From NCBI GenBank assembly GCA_040954595.2, contig CM082578.2, positions 14,926,998-14,990,997 of the forward strand: 64,000 nt of DNA. The letters are read 5' to 3'. The notes under the pieces are model-generated. The model searched no databases, was not told where the DNA came from, and was given only the letters and a program-made list of their open reading frames with translations. Positions 52,901 to 64,000 of the stretch are shown piece after piece. Made by a program: the position numbers and the translations under genes. How positions within the stretch are numbered: position 1 is the stretch's first letter; the number at the start of each line of letters is the position of its first letter. This DNA comes from Balanoglossus misakiensis. Taxonomy: Eukaryota; Animalia; Hemichordata.

Positions 52901-55029
52901 GTAAAATGACAATTTTCTTCTTCGTCAGTGGCTTACTTGTGAAACTAAAATTGTGTTTTTGAATACTTGAAAAAGAAAAAAAAAAGTTGTCTACTTACAA
53001 CAAAATTTGGTCCAGCTGAGATTTGTTGGCACGTTTGAATTTCTCTCAAGCAAAGATCTGTGATACTGTGATCAACGGTGGATTCTGATCTCACTCCCCA
53101 TCTCATATCAACCACTTGGAAATCAAAACCTTGTCTTTGACACCACTGTTGCAAGGATGGATATGCTTTCTGTAGTAAGATATTACGCTCGGCCACAACA
53201 TCTGAAATGTTTACCGAGAAAAGGTTGAAGTTACGGTATTTGATGATAATACTCTTATTGCTAATTAAAAAAAAACTTGTTCATCATGGAAATGGAGGTA
53301 AAGAACTCCACAAGATTGCAAAAAAAAATGTTAATGCTTTTAAGCCACACATGGACCACTTCGCAGATAGAATAATGCAGGGGGTTGTGGGACAGTTTGC
53401 GTTCTGAGCGCATGTGTTATACCCATGTACTAGATGCTATGTTGAACGCAAATTATACCATAATGCATTGCAGATACCCTATCCGCGAAGTGGTCTATGG
53501 CAATATTCTTTTTCATTTCCTCACAACCGTGATGTAAAAATTTCACTTTGGTTTTAGTAAATTGCAACTGTATAAGTTTCAAAATGACCCTTTCTTCAGA
53601 GTGATCGCTATATTGTTATCATGGCCTACATTTCCACTGCAATAATGGATCACACCTTCTTGTTGAGAAGTATATCAACCTCTGCTTTTCACCTCTTTGG
53701 TTTCTTGTCACAACCATGACAACTCTTGTTTAAGCACAAAACACCCACAAGTCACACCCATTTCAAGTCCCTTTTTTATCAGTCACAGGATTACAAGCTT
53801 AAAGTTGCCCACCCTGTTTCAAAATCAGTGTGAAACTGGGTCATGAAAGAAACATATCTTGTTTGATTGTACAGATTTCAATATCCAGAGGAAATTGTAC
53901 TAAATCAGGAAGTTTTTTATTGAATCTGATTAAAGTAACCCAATTGTAATTAATTGTAAAGTCCTCATATTTAATTCTACAATGACGATAGATTTTGAAC
54001 TTTGTTAGTTCTCAGTCTATATACATAACTGTGTTGGCAACAAACAAACTTTAGAATACGTGTACACAGCCAACTCTGTTAAAATACAATAAACCAAACA
54101 AGTATGAACAAAGAAATTGACGTCAATGGAAACTGACGTATATTGACACAATAATCTATGACTATCAATAATTTTTAGGGATACAAAGGCCGATATTGGT
54201 TACTGAGAACTGTTATCAATCAATTTTAATAATAATTACCATGACTAGTAATAAGATAATATCTGCAACCTGATTCAGCGTTTCCATTTCTGCCAAGATT
54301 AATGACACCAAAGTGGTCTTATTGATTGTATTGATTTTATAAAGTGGATCCTTTAATGACAAAAAAGATAATCTCCTTTGGATGACACTCTTTCGACACC
54401 CACAGACAAAAAACCTTAGGGCAACATTCCTTTTTTCACCTAGCTATTTAATAGTTTTAACTGTTAGCTAATATAGAGGAAAAGCCACTTCCAACAATAA
54501 ATGTTCAGGTTGAACTCGCCACCCCACCCAAGCTATGCGCCAAATCTATGTTTTCCCCCACAAACATATAATACTGGGATCAGGTTATAAGTTTTTTAAA
54601 GCTAATGACAGTAAAACAGATATAGTAGCAGTACAGTAGTAGAAGGCAATGTTGCCTTGCTCAGAACAGCTGGCCAGTAAAAGTTGTGACTGAACTTAAT
54701 TATCTTGATGATTGCCTCTTTATTCTTACTAAATGGTGGTAACTAGGTGATAAATGATTTGTCAACTGTGGCCATTGAAAGTAGTTCATGCACTTATGGG
54801 CTTGTCCAACCTTGGTCCAAATTGTCATTCCCTTTGTTGGTTTACAATTCATTTTCAAAACAGCTAGTCAACTGAGCTCGTAAATTTCAGCTGTATGTGT
54901 GTAATTAGACCCACCTCCAAATGTGGAACTGATAAATATACGAACAATCTGCGAAGGTTCTGGTGGAAGTGTGATGATATGACCAGACAGCACACTCTCT
55001 TCCAGACTGTCTTGCTTCTTGGTTGCCAT
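43999..55029 (-). CDS. NACHT and WD40 domain protein (NWD1/NWD2-like; DUF4062-NACHT-WD40)
   Basis: RIFISSTFGD..AERN, VDMRWGV, FLGQRYGYRPLP; Walker A GFSGSGKTS; Walker B ILIDSLDQL; GLSEAELEDVLS; many GH..WD repeats; ends CCSIL*. Confidence 0.9.
47382..47474. mobile_element. Short piggyBac-like MITE in an NWD intron
   Basis: TTAA|ctccttcacc ... ggtgaaaggg|TTAA: TTAA target duplication, TIR 8/10, CCC/GGG-type terminus, 85 bp. Confidence 0.6.
53350..53499. mobile_element. Foldback MITE (~150 bp) in NWD intron 1
   Basis: TIR atggaccacttcgcagatag / ctatccgcgaagtggtctat (18/20) plus inner arms tttgcgttc/gaacgcaaa. Confidence 0.7.
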
Positions 55030-56059
55030 GTCAACAGCTACCCATAATTTTCACACCATTTTAACTGCAAATATAGACAAGGTAAATAAGGTGTAAAGTT
55101 TCGGGTATATACATGATATATGTACTTAGCATAAATGACACCTGTTTGCTTTATTACATTCATGAGTTTTCACAACTTTTAAGTATTAAGCATCTGACAG
55201 CTATATATATATGACACTAATTGTAATCCCAATACATTATTTCATGGTGAGATCAAGCGAAACCAATAGTCAGGATTGTCCGGTTTACCTTTCGGAACAT
55301 GACTACAGTAGTTGATACCATTGCAAGCGGTCGATCTTATGCTTTCAGTTTTTTTTAAAGTAAAATGTGATTATACTATATTGCAATAACGGTTAGTGTA
55401 TTTCTCACCTATAGCGCAGTTTAGAGATCATCTCACTATCCCGATGTCGCCATCTGAGTTTTGCGGCTTTGGGAAATGTGCGTGCCAAGCTTCAAACGTA
55501 ACCAAGGGAGTTCATTTCACAGATCACGGAACTGTACCGTGTCGAGTTTATTTTCTGTGGTGTATACCGCAGGCATTGTAGGCGCCTGACAATAGTATTC
55601 CGCTCTATGTATTGATATGCAAACAACTTGACACTCTGTCAATAGTCACCAAGCCGATGGATGACAACAAAACAACCAACCAACCAACCAACCCAGTGCC
55701 ATGGTCATGATGGTGTTATAAATGAAGGAGGGCACTTTTGCGTTGGTTTATCGACACGAATAAGTCATTACAACATGACACACCGTAGATTTTGACTCCG
55801 ATCGCTGGCATTTATCGGAATATTCATGACTCGTTTCAAACTTTTCCGCCGCATCCGTAGCTAGGAGTGTAGCTTCTCTTTCATTATTTCATTCAAGTTG
55901 ATGAAAATAAGTTAAATTATATGGACCAAACATTTAAATACAAAAGAAAAGGGCGTCGCATTGAACGTTTACATGAAACTGAACCATTTATATGTTTTAA
56001 ATTTTTAAATCAACCAAATTTCTCTTATCTGACGTTTCCCTTGTTTTTTGGTCCACACA

Positions 56060-62589
<6,530 letters not shown>

Positions 62590-64000
62590 TTATTTGAAGA
62601 AGAAAAAAGCCAAGGTGCATGCTTGGTTGATGATATTTACTGCATGCCTGTGTAATATTTTAAGGGCAGGTGAGAGAGACAACTGAAAAGTTGCAATGAT
62701 TTCTTCTGAAAGGAACTCACCTTGCCGAAAAGTGGTATTCTTCTTGAAAAGCTCCAGGAAAACTCAGTTTGTACAACAACACTACGCAAAGTTATTGTAC
62801 AGGCAAATAGCACAAATTTTTGGGGTGATGGTTTTATCTTAAATGCAATGTTAAACTCAGACAAGGAATGTTTGATCCCTTGTGAAATGATATCTTCAAA
62901 GTATTGTTGTTTGCAGCAAGTTTTGTACAATTTTAGCCAAGTTTGTTACCACATGTCCATGTTAGCATGTAGATATGAGAATATTAAAATTATGACCAAT
63001 AAAATTAGTGTGCACACTCTGTATTTGAATGTAGAAATATGCCATGTGTCTTTCTGTGTGGTTAGGTGTAGAGTTAGCTTTAGTCAATAATGGATCGGTC
63101 CGATTCTCAACCCAGTGATTGGCTGTCTTTGTGATGTGTCATAGGTCATAGGTCACACAATCTAGATTTGTATATTTCTCTGTCATTGCCTTTTTAGCAT
63201 CAATAAATCAAGCAATATACATTATACCTGTTTGGTTTACATCTCTATCTGATGAAGGCACTGCCATTATAAAATTTCCACATCCAATGTCAGATTTCCC
63301 TTTTTCAATTGGGAAGGTCACCATTTGTAATGATTGTATTATTTATGACTTTAAGATTACTGTTAATAAACTAAATTTAAAAAACGATAATGCATCTGCA
63401 AAAATGCTCCATTCCCAGACTGGGTACCCAGAGCATCACAACATGCCTGCTATTAAACAACTGAAAACCTTTTGCAACTTTCTTAGAATGTTATGAATTT
63501 ACTTTGTAATATATTATTTTTGTGTGTGTGTGTCTGACACAGTTTGACCCAAGCAAGATACCTGTATGTGAATATCAACAACTTACATAAAAACAGATAA
63601 TCGCACACAGAATTTTGTGGCACATAATATCTGTGTAGAATTTATTTGGTACTGCATAGCCATTGAATGTATTCATAGATACATCTAGTTGTACTGGTGT
63701 AGGAAAAATATGAAAATAAACTTTGTTTCTGTATATAACAAGAATATTACAATTTAATAGTAGATGTGTGGGTTTTTTTAAATTTATTGTGCAACAATTT
63801 ATTTTAACTTTATTATACAAATTATACAAAATGCACAATTGCAAGTTATATACATAGATTTGGCACATGATTTTATCACTTTCTTAATTTTTACATGTCT
63901 GGAAGGCATTTTATTAGGATGACATCTGGCAAATTCAACACATTATGAAAATAAACAAACACTTTGCCACTGTGAAATCCAAGTCAGAATTTCTGATGCA

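Overview
Eukaryotic, intron-rich, gene-dense animal genomic DNA. An invertebrate deuterostome such as a hemichordate is a guess from protein similarity and intron style, not proven. Eleven protein-coding genes lie in almost strictly alternating orientation: transglutaminase (-), two tandem intronless TMEM229B-like genes (+,+), DDX20/Gemin3 (-), twinfilin (+), TIMMDC1 (-), RBM5/RBM10 (+), MRPL46 (-), CXXC1/CFP1 (+), an NWD1/2-like DUF4062-NACHT-WD40 protein (-) and DNM1L/Drp1 (+). A twelfth gene may start at the left edge. The most interesting signals are: (1) a long intronic RNA hairpin in RBM5/10 whose loop holds a 16-nt frameshifting micro-exon with a perfect donor, next to a 74-nt RRM1 exon; (2) a GC-rich, multi-helix leader with three uORFs ahead of only one TMEM229 paralog; (3) a U12-type intron in twinfilin; (4) a C-terminal CCaaX lipidation motif on the STAND NTPase; (5) a palindromic bidirectional poly(A) signal. 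Exon boundaries were read by eye and may be off by a few nt.
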